Below are positions 17,459 through 25,996 of a stretch of 64,000 nucleotides of DNA, piece by piece. The translations under genes were made by a program, and so were the position numbers. The DNA is taken from the IMG/VR virus record IMGVR_UViG_3300039452_000031. The stretch is one strand, 5' to 3'. Under the pieces are notes generated by a model, which saw nothing but the letters and a program-made list of their open reading frames with translations, had not been told where the DNA came from and did not search any database. Within the stretch, counting starts at the first letter, position 1, and each line of letters opens with the position of its first letter. The stretch is from a virus (lineage: Duplodnaviria > Heunggongvirae > Uroviricota > Caudoviricetes).

Positions 17459-18948
17459 AGGTCCGTTCTAAACGGCTCGGCTCTGGTGAGCGGGGCCTGA
17501 TCACCGAAGAGTCTCTAGCAGACTTCGGGACCCGCGGCATGGGCGTCTATGCCGACGAGGTTAATCTAGCTCGGGCAGTGCCAGACATCATGGATGGGCT
17601 GAAACCTGTGCAGCGCCGCATCCTGTGGGCCGCTTCAAAGCTAGGCAAGGATATGGTGAAGACGGCTCGGGTCGTGGGTGAGACCGTGGGTAAGTACCAT
17701 CCACACTCAGATGCTTCTGTGTCGGACTCGATCACGGTCCTAGTGAACTCTAACGTACCTACCTTTCGGGGCGAAGGGAATTGGGGCTCGCTGATCGATC
17801 CGGCAGGTGCTATTCGATACACGAACTGCACTCTCTCGGCCTACGGGTGGGCTGGATTCTTTGACCCCAACTACATCAGCAAAGAAGTAACACCGTTCGT
17901 TCCCAACTACGACGACAAGACGGTAGAGCCGGTTACGCTTCCTGCGCTTCTGCCCAACGTTATTCTGAATGGCTCATCTGGTATCGGTGTTGGGACGACA
18001 ACCAATCTCCCCTCCTTTACCCCTGAGTCGGTGGTCTTGATTCTCAAGCGGTTGCTGGCAGGCGAGCGCCTAGCCCCCTTGGACTTTGCCAAGACTCTCA
18101 AGTACCAGTACAAGTACGGCGGCAGACCAGTCAAGTCCAAAGAGAACGCCCAAGGATGGATGGAGCTCTTCAAGGCCCCCTCAGCCCGAGTCGTGTTCGA
18201 GGCTTCCCTTGTTATCGACAAGGACCATAAGGCAATCGAAATCGATGACTGGCCTTATGGTTTGGACCCCGTGAAGTTCATCACCAAGGTCCGAACCTTT
18301 CCTGAAGTCGACCAGGCTTACAACAACAAGGGCGCTACTGGCTTCAGGATCGAGATGCGTAGGGACCACAACTATGCACAATTTGATAAGCTGGTAGAGA
18401 AGGTCCAGAAGGCAACGCAGGTAGCCCGATCATTCAAGATCAACGTCACGCATCGGAAATCTTCGGTCGTTGACGGTGTGGTATCGATGACGACGGAGTA
18501 CCTGAACCTGACGGTACCAAAGCTGATCGTCACCTGGCTTCGACATCGCGTCGAGCTGGAGAAGGCGAGTCTCCAGAATCGAATCCTCAACCAGCAGTCA
18601 GCTATCGACTACTCGGAGCTCTTGATCTTTGTAGCCAAGAACGCGGACGCCCTCATCAAGGTCATCCGAACTTCAACGGATCCGGAAGCGGACCTGATGA
18701 AGGTCTTCAAACTGTCCGAACTGCAGGCGAAGCAAGTCTTGGATCTCCAGTTGAGGAAAATCAGCAAGCTGGACCAGACAAAGGTGCTGGAGGCTCTGAA
18801 AGAGCAGCGAGCTGATCTTAAGCAGCTGGAGTTGTGGCTCAAGAAGCCCAAGCAGAAGGTCATGGATGACTGTGATCAGGTCCTGAAAGCAATCGAGGCG
18901 GATCGCAAGTTCGAGGCCGCCAAGGATAGGAAGATGAAGGTCAAGTAA
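17455..18948 (+). CDS. type II DNA topoisomerase, breakage-reunion subunit (GyrA/ParC/T4 gp52-like)
   Basis: YADEVNLARAVPDIMDGLKPVQRRILWAA. Candidate active-site Tyr in AIRYTNCTLS. ATGA overlap with the B subunit. Confidence 0.8.
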   Translation: MKVRSKRLGSGERGLITEESLADFGTRGMGVYADEVNLARAVPDIMDGLKPVQRRILWAASKLGKDMVKTARVVGETVGKYHPHSDASVSDSITVLVNSNVPTFRGEGNWGSLIDPAGAIRYTNCTLSAYGWAGFFDPNYISKEVTPFVPNYDDKTVEPVTLPALLPNVILNGSSGIGVGTTTNLPSFTPESVVLILKRLLAGERLAPLDFAKTLKYQYKYGGRPVKSKENAQGWMELFKAPSARVVFEASLVIDKDHKAIEIDDWPYGLDPVKFITKVRTFPEVDQAYNNKGATGFRIEMRRDHNYAQFDKLVEKVQKATQVARSFKINVTHRKSSVVDGVVSMTTEYLNLTVPKLIVTWLRHRVELEKASLQNRILNQQSAIDYSELLIFVAKNADALIKVIRTSTDPEADLMKVFKLSELQAKQVLDLQLRKISKLDQTKVLEALKEQRADLKQLELWLKKPKQKVMDDCDQVLKAIEADRKFEAAKDRKMKVK

Positions 18949-18962
18949 CAGGCTCCGCAAGG

Positions 18963-18974
18963 AAACTGTAAACA
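18963..18974 (+). promoter_or_regulatory. AAACTGTAAACA motif copy 2
   Basis: 15 nt after the GyrA-like stop, 71 nt before ATG 19045. Followed by hairpins CTGGGA(ATTC)TCCCAG and CGGGCAG(N11)CTGCCCG. Confidence 0.5.
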
Positions 18975-19044
18975 AATCTGGGAATTCTCCCAGGTCGGGC
19001 AGATAACAAAATCCTGCCCGTTCAATCAGAGAAGGAAATCTAAA

Positions 19045-19407
19045 ATGGCAACCACTCAACGCGCCGCTAGCGTCGCCAAGCAAGTCTCGGCCCTGGAGCG
19101 TAACAACAACCAACTGACCCGCCAGAACACCCGTCTGGAAGCCCTGGTCGAGAAGCTGAAGGCTCAGGCTGCCGGCGCCAAGGCCAAGCGTGCTGGTGCA
19201 GCCACCAAGGCTGAGAAGCCAGCTCGGGGTACCAAGGTCGCGAAGGCGGCCAAGGCCGAGCGCGTCGTTAAGGGCAAGAAGGTCCGTGCTGAAAAGCCGA
19301 CCAAGGCCGTTAAGGGCGAGCGTATCGCCAAGGCTGGTAAGGCAGCGAAGGCCGCCAAGCCGACCAAGACCGCGAAGAAGAGCAAGAACGACAGCGTTCT
19401 GCTCTGA
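19045..19407 (+). CDS. histone H1/Hc1-like protein (coiled-coil N-terminus, KAAK repeats)
   Basis: AKAAKAERVVKGKKVRAEKPTKAVKGERIAKAGKAAKAAKPTKTAKK. RBS GAGAAGGAAA. Confidence 0.55.
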   Translation: MATTQRAASVAKQVSALERNNNQLTRQNTRLEALVEKLKAQAAGAKAKRAGAATKAEKPARGTKVAKAAKAERVVKGKKVRAEKPTKAVKGERIAKAGKAAKAAKPTKTAKKSKNDSVLL

Positions 19408-19413
19408 TCGCCT

Positions 19414-19471
19414 AGGCCACCGGAGGCCTTTGCTTGAGAGGTTTGGGCGGCTTAGTCTACCCAAACCTCTC
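19414..19471 (+). terminator. two tandem stem-loops after the stop (terminator-like, weak U-tail)
   Basis: AGGCC(N6)GGCCTTT, then GAGAGGTTTGGG(N12)CCCAAACCTCTC. Confidence 0.4.
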
Positions 19472-19499
19472 GTTCCCTATCTACACCAAAGGAAACCAC

Positions 19500-20480
19500 G
19501 TGAAGGTTCATGATCAGGATGAAGCTCAGTTGCGGATCGCCACACTGCGAGCCCGTCTAGCCAAGATGGACAAAGTTGAGGTGATGCTGGCCAAGCTGAA
19601 AGCCGGTATGGCCTCCATTGCTGTTTCTTCAACCCGCGGACGGCAGCTAGGGCTCATCACGGCCTCCGTCAAGTACGTGGACAAGATCAAAGAAGTTGGT
19701 CTTCAAGGCCTGGGCCCTGATTTGAGGATCATCGCCAACGAACTTCAGTCCCTTCGGGAAGGCATCACCACACGTGCTGTCGCCCAAGAGGACCTGTACC
19801 TAAATTCCCCTGCCAAGGCGCTCAAGCAGCTCGCGACCTTGAAAACCGCCACCAAGGATCGCATCAGTCACTTGGCTATCGCTGCCGGTGAGACTCCTGA
19901 GGGCGAAGAACTGAGCGACGAAGAGAAGACGCTGGTCCGGACTACGAAGATGCGGGAAACTATCCCACCGTTCGGTGACAAGGAGTTCCTCGTCGCACGG
20001 GCCCCCGTGTCTTTCACCTTCGTTGGCAAGGACGCCAAACACTCATCGGTTGGCTACGTCGATAGCGACCGCCTAGGTCGTGCAGGCTTCAAGGTCGAAA
20101 ATCTTGGTGGCTATACGATCATCCACAACCAGCTGGTTATCGGCATCCACAGCCATGCATACACTACGGCTCCCAAGGAGGCTGGTCAAGCCCGAGAGCC
20201 CCAGCGTGTTAGTGAGAGGGTTGTGACTTACAAGGCAGGCAAGCCTACCCACGTCATCAAGCGCCGAGACAAGGCTCCCTTGGATGTCGCCAAGGAGGTA
20301 ATGAAGTTGATGAGCAAGAAGACGGGGCAGGAGTACAGCCTGGTATCCGAGAAATCGACCTCGTACAACAAAGGCTCTTGGTTCTGGGTCATGTCTGCCA
20401 GGGACGTGCGCCAACTGGCTAAGGTCTTCCCTGGTGGGCACCTAAAAGTGAACAACTGGGGCTTTGCCTTCCGGACCTGA
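19500..20480 (+). CDS. hypothetical protein (GTG start)
   Basis: ORF track begins at 19434 inside the terminator hairpin. GTG 19500 has AAGGAAA 6 nt upstream. Confidence 0.45.
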   Translation: MKVHDQDEAQLRIATLRARLAKMDKVEVMLAKLKAGMASIAVSSTRGRQLGLITASVKYVDKIKEVGLQGLGPDLRIIANELQSLREGITTRAVAQEDLYLNSPAKALKQLATLKTATKDRISHLAIAAGETPEGEELSDEEKTLVRTTKMRETIPPFGDKEFLVARAPVSFTFVGKDAKHSSVGYVDSDRLGRAGFKVENLGGYTIIHNQLVIGIHSHAYTTAPKEAGQAREPQRVSERVVTYKAGKPTHVIKRRDKAPLDVAKEVMKLMSKKTGQEYSLVSEKSTSYNKGSWFWVMSARDVRQLAKVFPGGHLKVNNWGFAFRT

Positions 20481-20482
20481 TC

Positions 20483-21010
20483 ATGATCTACAAGCTGATT
20501 ACCTTGCCGACGCCGGAGACCCTGGGGTTGCTATCCCGTATGTTCGCAGGCACGTCAATGCACGTGGACTGGGATGCGGTGAGCCTTACCCTTGCCTCTG
20601 ATGTGGAGCCCATTCTTCCTGCTGAAGACGGTTTGTACCGAGCACTGCCGGGCTCGATGGACCTTTGGTATGACACGGCGCAGAACCGATCATTCTTGGT
20701 CCTGCCTCTGGTTCCCTCACCTGAGATGGCGAAGCGCCATGAAGAGGCTGGTGGGGACGCATGGGGTCGTAAGTTCGTACCCTTCTTGAACCTAGGTACG
20801 CCCGGTACGAACCGCCGTCGGCATTCGGCTCAGTGGAAATCGATTGCCACGGGCTTGATTGATCGGCAACCGATCTTGACTTTCCATGGTGAGTTGGTTT
20901 TGGCCACCGATGGCACAGTCCCAGAGCTGAACGACTTCTATACCGACTACTTGCGTAGAGGTTCGGTATCGAATGAGGTTCTCTTCAAGGAAGACGAAGG
21001 TACAGAATGA
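20483..21010 (+). CDS. hypothetical protein
   Basis: 175-aa ORF with TGATCATG coupling. Confidence 0.45.
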   Translation: MIYKLITLPTPETLGLLSRMFAGTSMHVDWDAVSLTLASDVEPILPAEDGLYRALPGSMDLWYDTAQNRSFLVLPLVPSPEMAKRHEEAGGDAWGRKFVPFLNLGTPGTNRRRHSAQWKSIATGLIDRQPILTFHGELVLATDGTVPELNDFYTDYLRRGSVSNEVLFKEDEGTE

Positions 21011-21462
21011 AGCTCGACCGCACCACTCTAATGTTCGACTACTGTTGGGTGTGCGGTGAGAGATTCAAGACCTCAACTCCTCCAGGTATTGCGAATAGGG
21101 AGGACCATCATATTTTCCCGCGCAATGCTGGTGGTGAGGACGGGCCAATAACTTCCCTTTGCGATTCCCATCATGGGACGATTCACAAGATTGCCAACCG
21201 CATACACTCGGGAAAGGACCTTAAAGACTTGTTGATAGGAGAAGGAGTCGAGCAGAGCAAAAAGCTATGCTGGCTCGCGGCCATGATCGTCAAGGCCGAA
21301 CGGGAATACGATGCTGACCCAAACAAGAAACGCATCCAATCCTTCAAGCTCTCTGCCGCTGAGACCTTGATGGTGGAGAGGCTACAGAAGCACTTCCAGA
21401 AGAGTCGTCAGGACATCTTCAGAGCTTCCCTAGTAGCCTTATACAAAGCAACCTTCGGCTAG
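21007..21462 (+). CDS. HNH endonuclease
   Basis: CWVCGERF...EDHHIFPRNAGGEDGPITSLCDSHHGTIH, i.e. the CxxC-HH-N-CxxH(H) HNH core. Confidence 0.65.
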   Translation: MKLDRTTLMFDYCWVCGERFKTSTPPGIANREDHHIFPRNAGGEDGPITSLCDSHHGTIHKIANRIHSGKDLKDLLIGEGVEQSKKLCWLAAMIVKAEREYDADPNKKRIQSFKLSAAETLMVERLQKHFQKSRQDIFRASLVALYKATFG

Positions 21463-21540
21463 GCCGAAAACAACTGAAAAGGGGTTTGTGATTCTTGACC
21501 GGGATTACGAGCCCTTTTGTCGTTTAGCCACACAACAACT

Positions 21541-21858
21541 ATGAAGACCTACCTTGTAGCTCACCTTTTAAGCGGCCAGACTGTTATCGGTCTGTGGAAT
21601 GAGAACACAAAGCTCTTGGAGTCTCCGATGGAGATCATGGTCACGCCCCACCAAGACCGCCCCGGTGCGAGTGTGTTCCTCATCCCCTACGGTAGCCTCT
21701 ACGGTACACACCCTGACCTGACGTTGGCATCCCTGGCCTTGTCGCCCAGCAATACGTATGGGACCAAGGAGGTGCGTGGAGATTCCCCTCTGGGAACCAA
21801 GTACACGGAGACCTTGACACGTATCGCATCGGAGGCTGCATGTTCACCCTCTACCTGA
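21541..21858 (+). CDS. hypothetical protein
   Basis: 105-aa ORF with no clear RBS. Follows a weak hairpin and U-tract at about 21471-21530. Confidence 0.3.
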   Translation: MKTYLVAHLLSGQTVIGLWNENTKLLESPMEIMVTPHQDRPGASVFLIPYGSLYGTHPDLTLASLALSPSNTYGTKEVRGDSPLGTKYTETLTRIASEAACSPST

Positions 21859-22061
21859 TCAAGAAAGAGGGCGGTCTGCATTTCTTGCAGAAGGCATCCG
21901 ATCCGGTGTCACTCAAAGTCAGAAACAACCAGTTGGCACATTGGGTGGCGCAGATGAGCCTCACCTTGGAGAAGGGAGACATGCTGATGATCAAGGCTTC
22001 AAATGACGCAACTTGGGCAACCGCTAACGCGCAGGGTCGGATCCTGTGGAAAAGTGCGTAA
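21840..22061 (+). CDS. hypothetical protein
   Basis: 73-aa ORF with GGAGG RBS 6 nt upstream. Confidence 0.4.
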   Translation: MFTLYLIKKEGGLHFLQKASDPVSLKVRNNQLAHWVAQMSLTLEKGDMLMIKASNDATWATANAQGRILWKSA

Positions 22062-22071
22062 AAGCGGGTGC

Positions 22072-22101
22072 TTGACAGCCCTCAGAAGGCTGTGCTACAA
22101 T
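22072..22101 (+). promoter_or_regulatory. sigma70-type promoter TTGACA-18-TACAAT with TGc extension
   Basis: Near-consensus -35, and a -10 that overlaps the ORF-track start codon at 22100. Confidence 0.5.
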
Positions 22102-22159
22102 GAACGACGGGCCAGCGCGAGGAAGTCCTGGCCCGACAACAAAACAAATTGAGGTTCTA

Positions 22160-22849
22160 ATGGCTATCAAGAAAGACGGTCTAGCTAAACCAACAAAAGC
22201 TTCCTCCGAGGATCGCATGCGGTGTGGGGAATGTCTCCACCACAAGCAATCTCGTCACCGACAATTCGATAAACCGTGCAGCGAGTTGGGCGTCAAGACC
22301 TTCGCTATCGCCCCCGTGTGCTTCACCCCTGACTACACGAAGGTCATCCACAACGTTGACGAGTTCGTGGCCTTGTCAGCCTTGATCGCGTCCAAGACAC
22401 CGCAACAACGCAAGATCCTGAAAGCTATCCTGACCCTGAAGCCGACAGGCCGGAAGCTCAAGATGGGGACCAAGTTCTACATCAACATCCGGGGCCCTGA
22501 ATACGTCAGCAACTACCTGTGCGGCTACGTGGTTGGCTATACGTCTGCTGGCGAAATCGTTCTCACAGGCAGCCCTAGCCGTGAGGCGGCCGGCAAGTCG
22601 TTCTTTGCTTACCTGCCCTCCGACCAGAGCCTACTGTCGATCAAGGAGTGGAAAGTCAAGCACGCGGCTTTGAAAGCCAAGGGCCGCATCGTCGACCCCA
22701 AGGTCAAGACATCCCGAGACATTGCAGCCAAGATGGCTGACGACACTTATGAGGTGCCGACCATCGACAACGCGCCGAAGGACACGCTCAAAAAGACCAA
22801 GAAGATGAATATGCGGACCACCTCGTTGGTTCAGATTCTCAGCTTCTGA
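22160..22849 (+). CDS. hypothetical protein
   Basis: ORF track starts at 22100, but the -10 overlaps it. The in-frame ATG 22160 has a GAGG RBS 5 nt upstream. Confidence 0.45.
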   Translation: MAIKKDGLAKPTKASSEDRMRCGECLHHKQSRHRQFDKPCSELGVKTFAIAPVCFTPDYTKVIHNVDEFVALSALIASKTPQQRKILKAILTLKPTGRKLKMGTKFYINIRGPEYVSNYLCGYVVGYTSAGEIVLTGSPSREAAGKSFFAYLPSDQSLLSIKEWKVKHAALKAKGRIVDPKVKTSRDIAAKMADDTYEVPTIDNAPKDTLKKTKKMNMRTTSLVQILSF

Positions 22850-22864
22850 GCCAAAGGGCGGAAC

Positions 22865-23797
22865 ATGCTAAAAGACATCCTACAAGTGGAGGACCACAAT
22901 CGTGTGGTTGGCATTCTGTTCGCCTGCCTGTTCGGGGCCATCGGCAAGTACGAGTACCGAAAACTAATAGGAGACAAAGAGACACAAGAACGGGTGTGGG
23001 CCGCGACCGAGTCCAATGGCTACATTCTTCTGAACTGCAAGCTCTACGCCTACGCATACTACGTCAATCGAAAACTTGGAATCCCTACTTCACCAGCAAA
23101 GTTCGGCATCTTCCCTGAGGACGTGGGCGTCTTACGTCGCCTCAATCTGTCCCACCTTGACCCTAGGGTGTTCGGTGCCTACACGGTTTCCGAGTTCCGG
23201 GCTATGGAGTCCACAATCTTCACCCAGGACCTAATGAACTACATTGGGCGCTTCGTGACCAAGAAGCTACGGTTCCTGGAATCCTACGGCCTGACGAGGG
23301 ACGGCATGCGTGATCACCTGGTTGAGCACGCTGTTCGTGCCCTTCGTCGTCAATACCCGAGGTTCAAGTCGGAGCTTCACGCCCTGAACGTATGCAAGCG
23401 CACGATTCACAACGCGGGCATGGGGCTCATTGAGTATTGGACTCGGGACAAGCGGCAGGCTCTGCATAGGGAAACTGACGGTACCTTTACGGCCGTCAAC
23501 GTACCCCTTGAAAGTGTGCAGATAGCCGTCCAACCGGAACACGAAGATCGGTTGCGCATGGACCTCCAAGGACTGGCGGCTCTTGAGCACCGCATGAGTC
23601 CCAAGCTCCGGACCTACATCCAGATAGCAGCCGGTCATTCTCATCCAGGCTTCTCGGCCTTCATTGGGACTGACAACTCGGAGGCAGCAGCCAGCTGGGA
23701 TTACCCGAAATACATCAACAAGCTTCAGACCTACCTGAACGTGACTCCGGATCGCGCTGCCGAGGTCATGGGTAAGCTTCGTCGAGCCCTTTCCTAA
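22865..23797 (+). CDS. hypothetical protein
   Basis: 310-aa ORF with RBS AGGGCGGAAC. Confidence 0.5.
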   Translation: MLKDILQVEDHNRVVGILFACLFGAIGKYEYRKLIGDKETQERVWAATESNGYILLNCKLYAYAYYVNRKLGIPTSPAKFGIFPEDVGVLRRLNLSHLDPRVFGAYTVSEFRAMESTIFTQDLMNYIGRFVTKKLRFLESYGLTRDGMRDHLVEHAVRALRRQYPRFKSELHALNVCKRTIHNAGMGLIEYWTRDKRQALHRETDGTFTAVNVPLESVQIAVQPEHEDRLRMDLQGLAALEHRMSPKLRTYIQIAAGHSHPGFSAFIGTDNSEAAASWDYPKYINKLQTYLNVTPDRAAEVMGKLRRALS

Positions 23798-23812
23798 CCC
23801 AACACCAAGGAA

Positions 23813-24016
23813 ATGATCATGCTTTTCATGTTTGAAGTCGATGGCAAGGTCCATCTCTCAGCCCTAGATCCTGAGGACAAGACCCACGATTACGATCATG
23901 TTCTGGACTACTCTATCGTGGCCGATCCGAATCGAAGCGTTGGCACCGTGAGCACAGCCATGACCATCATCGGCAACGTGCTGAACAAGGCTGGCGTCCC
24001 CTTCACCCAACGCTAG
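23813..24016 (+). CDS. hypothetical protein
   Basis: 67-aa ORF with RBS AAGGAAATGATCATG. Confidence 0.4.
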   Translation: MIMLFMFEVDGKVHLSALDPEDKTHDYDHVLDYSIVADPNRSVGTVSTAMTIIGNVLNKAGVPFTQR

Positions 24017-24022
24017 GTCACC

Positions 24023-24316
24023 ATGGCACAAAAAGAATTCCAAGACAGCAACCTGTCTGAGGGAGGCAAGGAGCGGGTATCGAACGTCCCGCCCTCGCTG
24101 TATGTGAAGGCCGTGGGTACTGAGCTGTCCATCCTGCGGGCGGACAGCGATGAGGACGCCAAGAAGATCCTCCAGCGGCAGGTGCGGTCAGGTCAGACAC
24201 CTCTGGCCTGCGTCTACAAGCTGATGTTCGCGGAGGCCTTCGACCCTTCGTCGGTCAGTCTCACGCCTGAGCAGGTGTTGGAGCGATTCAACAAGACTGC
24301 TGAGGATCAAATCTAG
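24023..24316 (+). CDS. hypothetical protein
   Basis: 97-aa ORF. Confidence 0.45.
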   Translation: MAQKEFQDSNLSEGGKERVSNVPPSLYVKAVGTELSILRADSDEDAKKILQRQVRSGQTPLACVYKLMFAEAFDPSSVSLTPEQVLERFNKTAEDQI

Positions 24317-24348
24317 TCTCCGCCGCTGATTCCTGACGATTCCAGCTC

Positions 24349-24403
24349 AAAACCACGTGCTCGACTGCTTTTTGACAGCTGGGCGCGTGGTTTTTGTCGT
24401 TTT
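24349..24403 (+). terminator. rho-independent terminator (long loop)
   Basis: AAAACCACGTGC(N22)GCGCGTGGTTTT followed by TGTCGTTTT. Confidence 0.5.
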
Positions 24404-24422
24404 CCTGCTCAAAAAACGTGCG

Positions 24423-24481
24423 AAAAATCACGATTTTTAGCCTTAAAAGAGGTTTACGGGCGATTCCTGCTGCTGTATACT
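24423..24481 (+). promoter_or_regulatory. host-type promoter TTTACG-17-TATACT with upstream palindrome AAAAATC-AC-GATTTTT
   Basis: -35 at 24453-58 and -10 at 24476-81. Palindrome at 24423-38. Direct repeats CC(A/T)GCTCAAAA(C/A)C(A/-)CGTGC at 24342 and 24404. Confidence 0.5.
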
Positions 24482-24557
24482 GAAAGTGAGGAAGCATGAA
24501 CGCGACCTCATCATCAACCCCGCGTCAGAAGACGCAGTATCTAGAAAGGTATTCATC

Positions 24558-24827
24558 ATGGCTAAGCAAGCTCAAATCGTCGGCGTCGTCAAGCAAATGG
24601 TCCGCTTCGGCAAGGACGACAACCGTCTGGTCAAGTTCCGCAAGTCGGCCCTGGCCTCCAAGGACAAGGTTCTGATCCGCTGCAAGGGTCTGCCGCGCAT
24701 CACGGTGGTCAGCTTCGAGGACGGTGTGGAAGCGTCCATCAAGACCGCGAAGGGCCCGAAGGTCATCCACGCCAAGACGCCCTACAAGGCCTACCTGAAG
24801 GCTGTGCATCAGTTCTGGATGCACTGA
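24558..24827 (+). CDS. hypothetical small basic protein
   Basis: AGAAAGG SD motif. The ORF-track GTG 24486 is 5 nt after the -10 and so was rejected. Confidence 0.5.
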   Translation: MAKQAQIVGVVKQMVRFGKDDNRLVKFRKSALASKDKVLIRCKGLPRITVVSFEDGVEASIKTAKGPKVIHAKTPYKAYLKAVHQFWMH

Positions 24828-24862
24828 TCCCCGGCCCTACGGGAGGTCAAAAATGAAGATCA

Positions 24863-24893
24863 CGAGGTGGTGCGTAGGGCCCACCTCGCTTTG
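24863..24893 (+). terminator. hairpin CGAGGTGG(N10)CCACCTCG plus CTTTG (weak terminator)
   Basis: Perfect 8-bp stem 36 nt after the stop. Confidence 0.35.
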
Positions 24894-24922
24894 ATCCCTA
24901 TTCAACGTCTAGAAAGACAATC

Positions 24923-25276
24923 ATGATCCAAATGACTCCTAAGCTGCGGGCCTCTCTGGAGACCTTTCTTCGCACTTGCGGTGCTGACGCGGTCGTAGCG
25001 ACCAAGCTGGTTGACGGGGGTTTCTACAACAAGCGACGCGACGCCGAATACTTTGTCGGCGAATATGTCGAGGTCGGCAACTTCAAGTTCTCGCAGGACC
25101 TCGCGCGTGACTTCGCGCATTCGTTTGGTACGAAGATTACCTTCGACAACAGCGATCCTGAATTTCATCGATGGGCCGTGGGTCTGCGTGGAAAGCGCAG
25201 CGGCGTCTTCACGATCAGGGTGAAGCCGACGGGTGCTATGAGTGTTGATCTCATGCACTTCACTGGTCTGAACTGA
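24923..25276 (+). CDS. hypothetical protein
   Basis: 117-aa ORF with TAGAAAGACAATCATG initiation context. Confidence 0.5.
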   Translation: MIQMTPKLRASLETFLRTCGADAVVATKLVDGGFYNKRRDAEYFVGEYVEVGNFKFSQDLARDFAHSFGTKITFDNSDPEFHRWAVGLRGKRSGVFTIRVKPTGAMSVDLMHFTGLN

Positions 25277-25292
25277 TAGACGAGAGACAATC

Positions 25293-25511
25293 ATGCAACG
25301 CAATCAACGCGTGACCCACAACAGCGTCCCGGACCTGAAGGGCGTGGTCACCAAAATCTCGTCCGCCACTGTTGCGGGCGTTCGTACCCAAATCTACGAC
25401 GTTAGTTGGTACAACAGCTCGGAGCCCAAGCTTGGCGAACCCCTGCGCGTTCGCTGCGAGGTCAAGTCTTCCGTTCGAGGCTACCTAGGATCGGATCTGA
25501 CCGCCCTTTGA
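25293..25511 (+). CDS. hypothetical protein
   Basis: 72-aa ORF with GAGAGACAATCATG context, like the previous gene. Confidence 0.4.
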   Translation: MQRNQRVTHNSVPDLKGVVTKISSATVAGVRTQIYDVSWYNSSEPKLGEPLRVRCEVKSSVRGYLGSDLTAL

Positions 25512-25528
25512 CTCGCAAGAGGTACAAG

Positions 25529-25975
25529 ATGAAAATCGAAGCCATGCCGCTAAAGCGCAAAGACGCCATGGATCGTCTGATGTCGCTGGGCCCGAACATC
25601 GTAGAGCACTCAATAAAGGTGACTCTCAATCCGAGTCATCAGGCAGCCAAGCACTGGTGTTTGGAAATCATTGCCTGGGTAGATCAGGCTCACGATGCTA
25701 CCTTTCTCAAGGGTGGCAAGCGAGTGGCAGCCTCCGACGCTGACGATGCCCTGTTTCATAGCTTTCGTGAAGCGAGGGTTCATTTCATAGTCTCTGAGTG
25801 TGTTCGCTTCGGCCTAGTGTCTCCTGCGTTTTCTCACGCCTCAGACATCGAGCGCCTAACCAAGACTCTAATGTCTGGGCTGCCTGCAAAATTCGACCGC
25901 ATGCTTGAGTTGGTGATGTCCAAGACGCCTACTCGCTTGAACGAAGTTCTTTCACCCGAATTCTTCGCCCTCTGA
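25529..25975 (+). CDS. hypothetical protein, paralog A
   Basis: WCLEIIAWVDQAHDATFLKGGKRVAASDADDALF aligns with WLRECAAWADDAHSYATICKGGKIRANDWDETFF in the 26616 gene. RBS AAGAGG. Confidence 0.5.
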   Translation: MKIEAMPLKRKDAMDRLMSLGPNIVEHSIKVTLNPSHQAAKHWCLEIIAWVDQAHDATFLKGGKRVAASDADDALFHSFREARVHFIVSECVRFGLVSPAFSHASDIERLTKTLMSGLPAKFDRMLELVMSKTPTRLNEVLSPEFFAL

Positions 25976-25996
25976 TTCCCTAGTCTGGAGACGATC

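Noticed and set aside
18673-19464. 263-aa - strand ORF (Leu/Gly-rich)
   Set aside because: Antisense of the GyrA-like 3' end and the KAAK-repeat gene. It crosses a terminator hairpin.
24486-24557. ORF-track GTG start at 24486 for the 24558 gene
   Set aside because: GTG 24486 lies 5 nt downstream of the -10 hexamer (24476-81). It would be untranscribed or at the very 5' end. ATG 24558 has the AGAAAGG SD.
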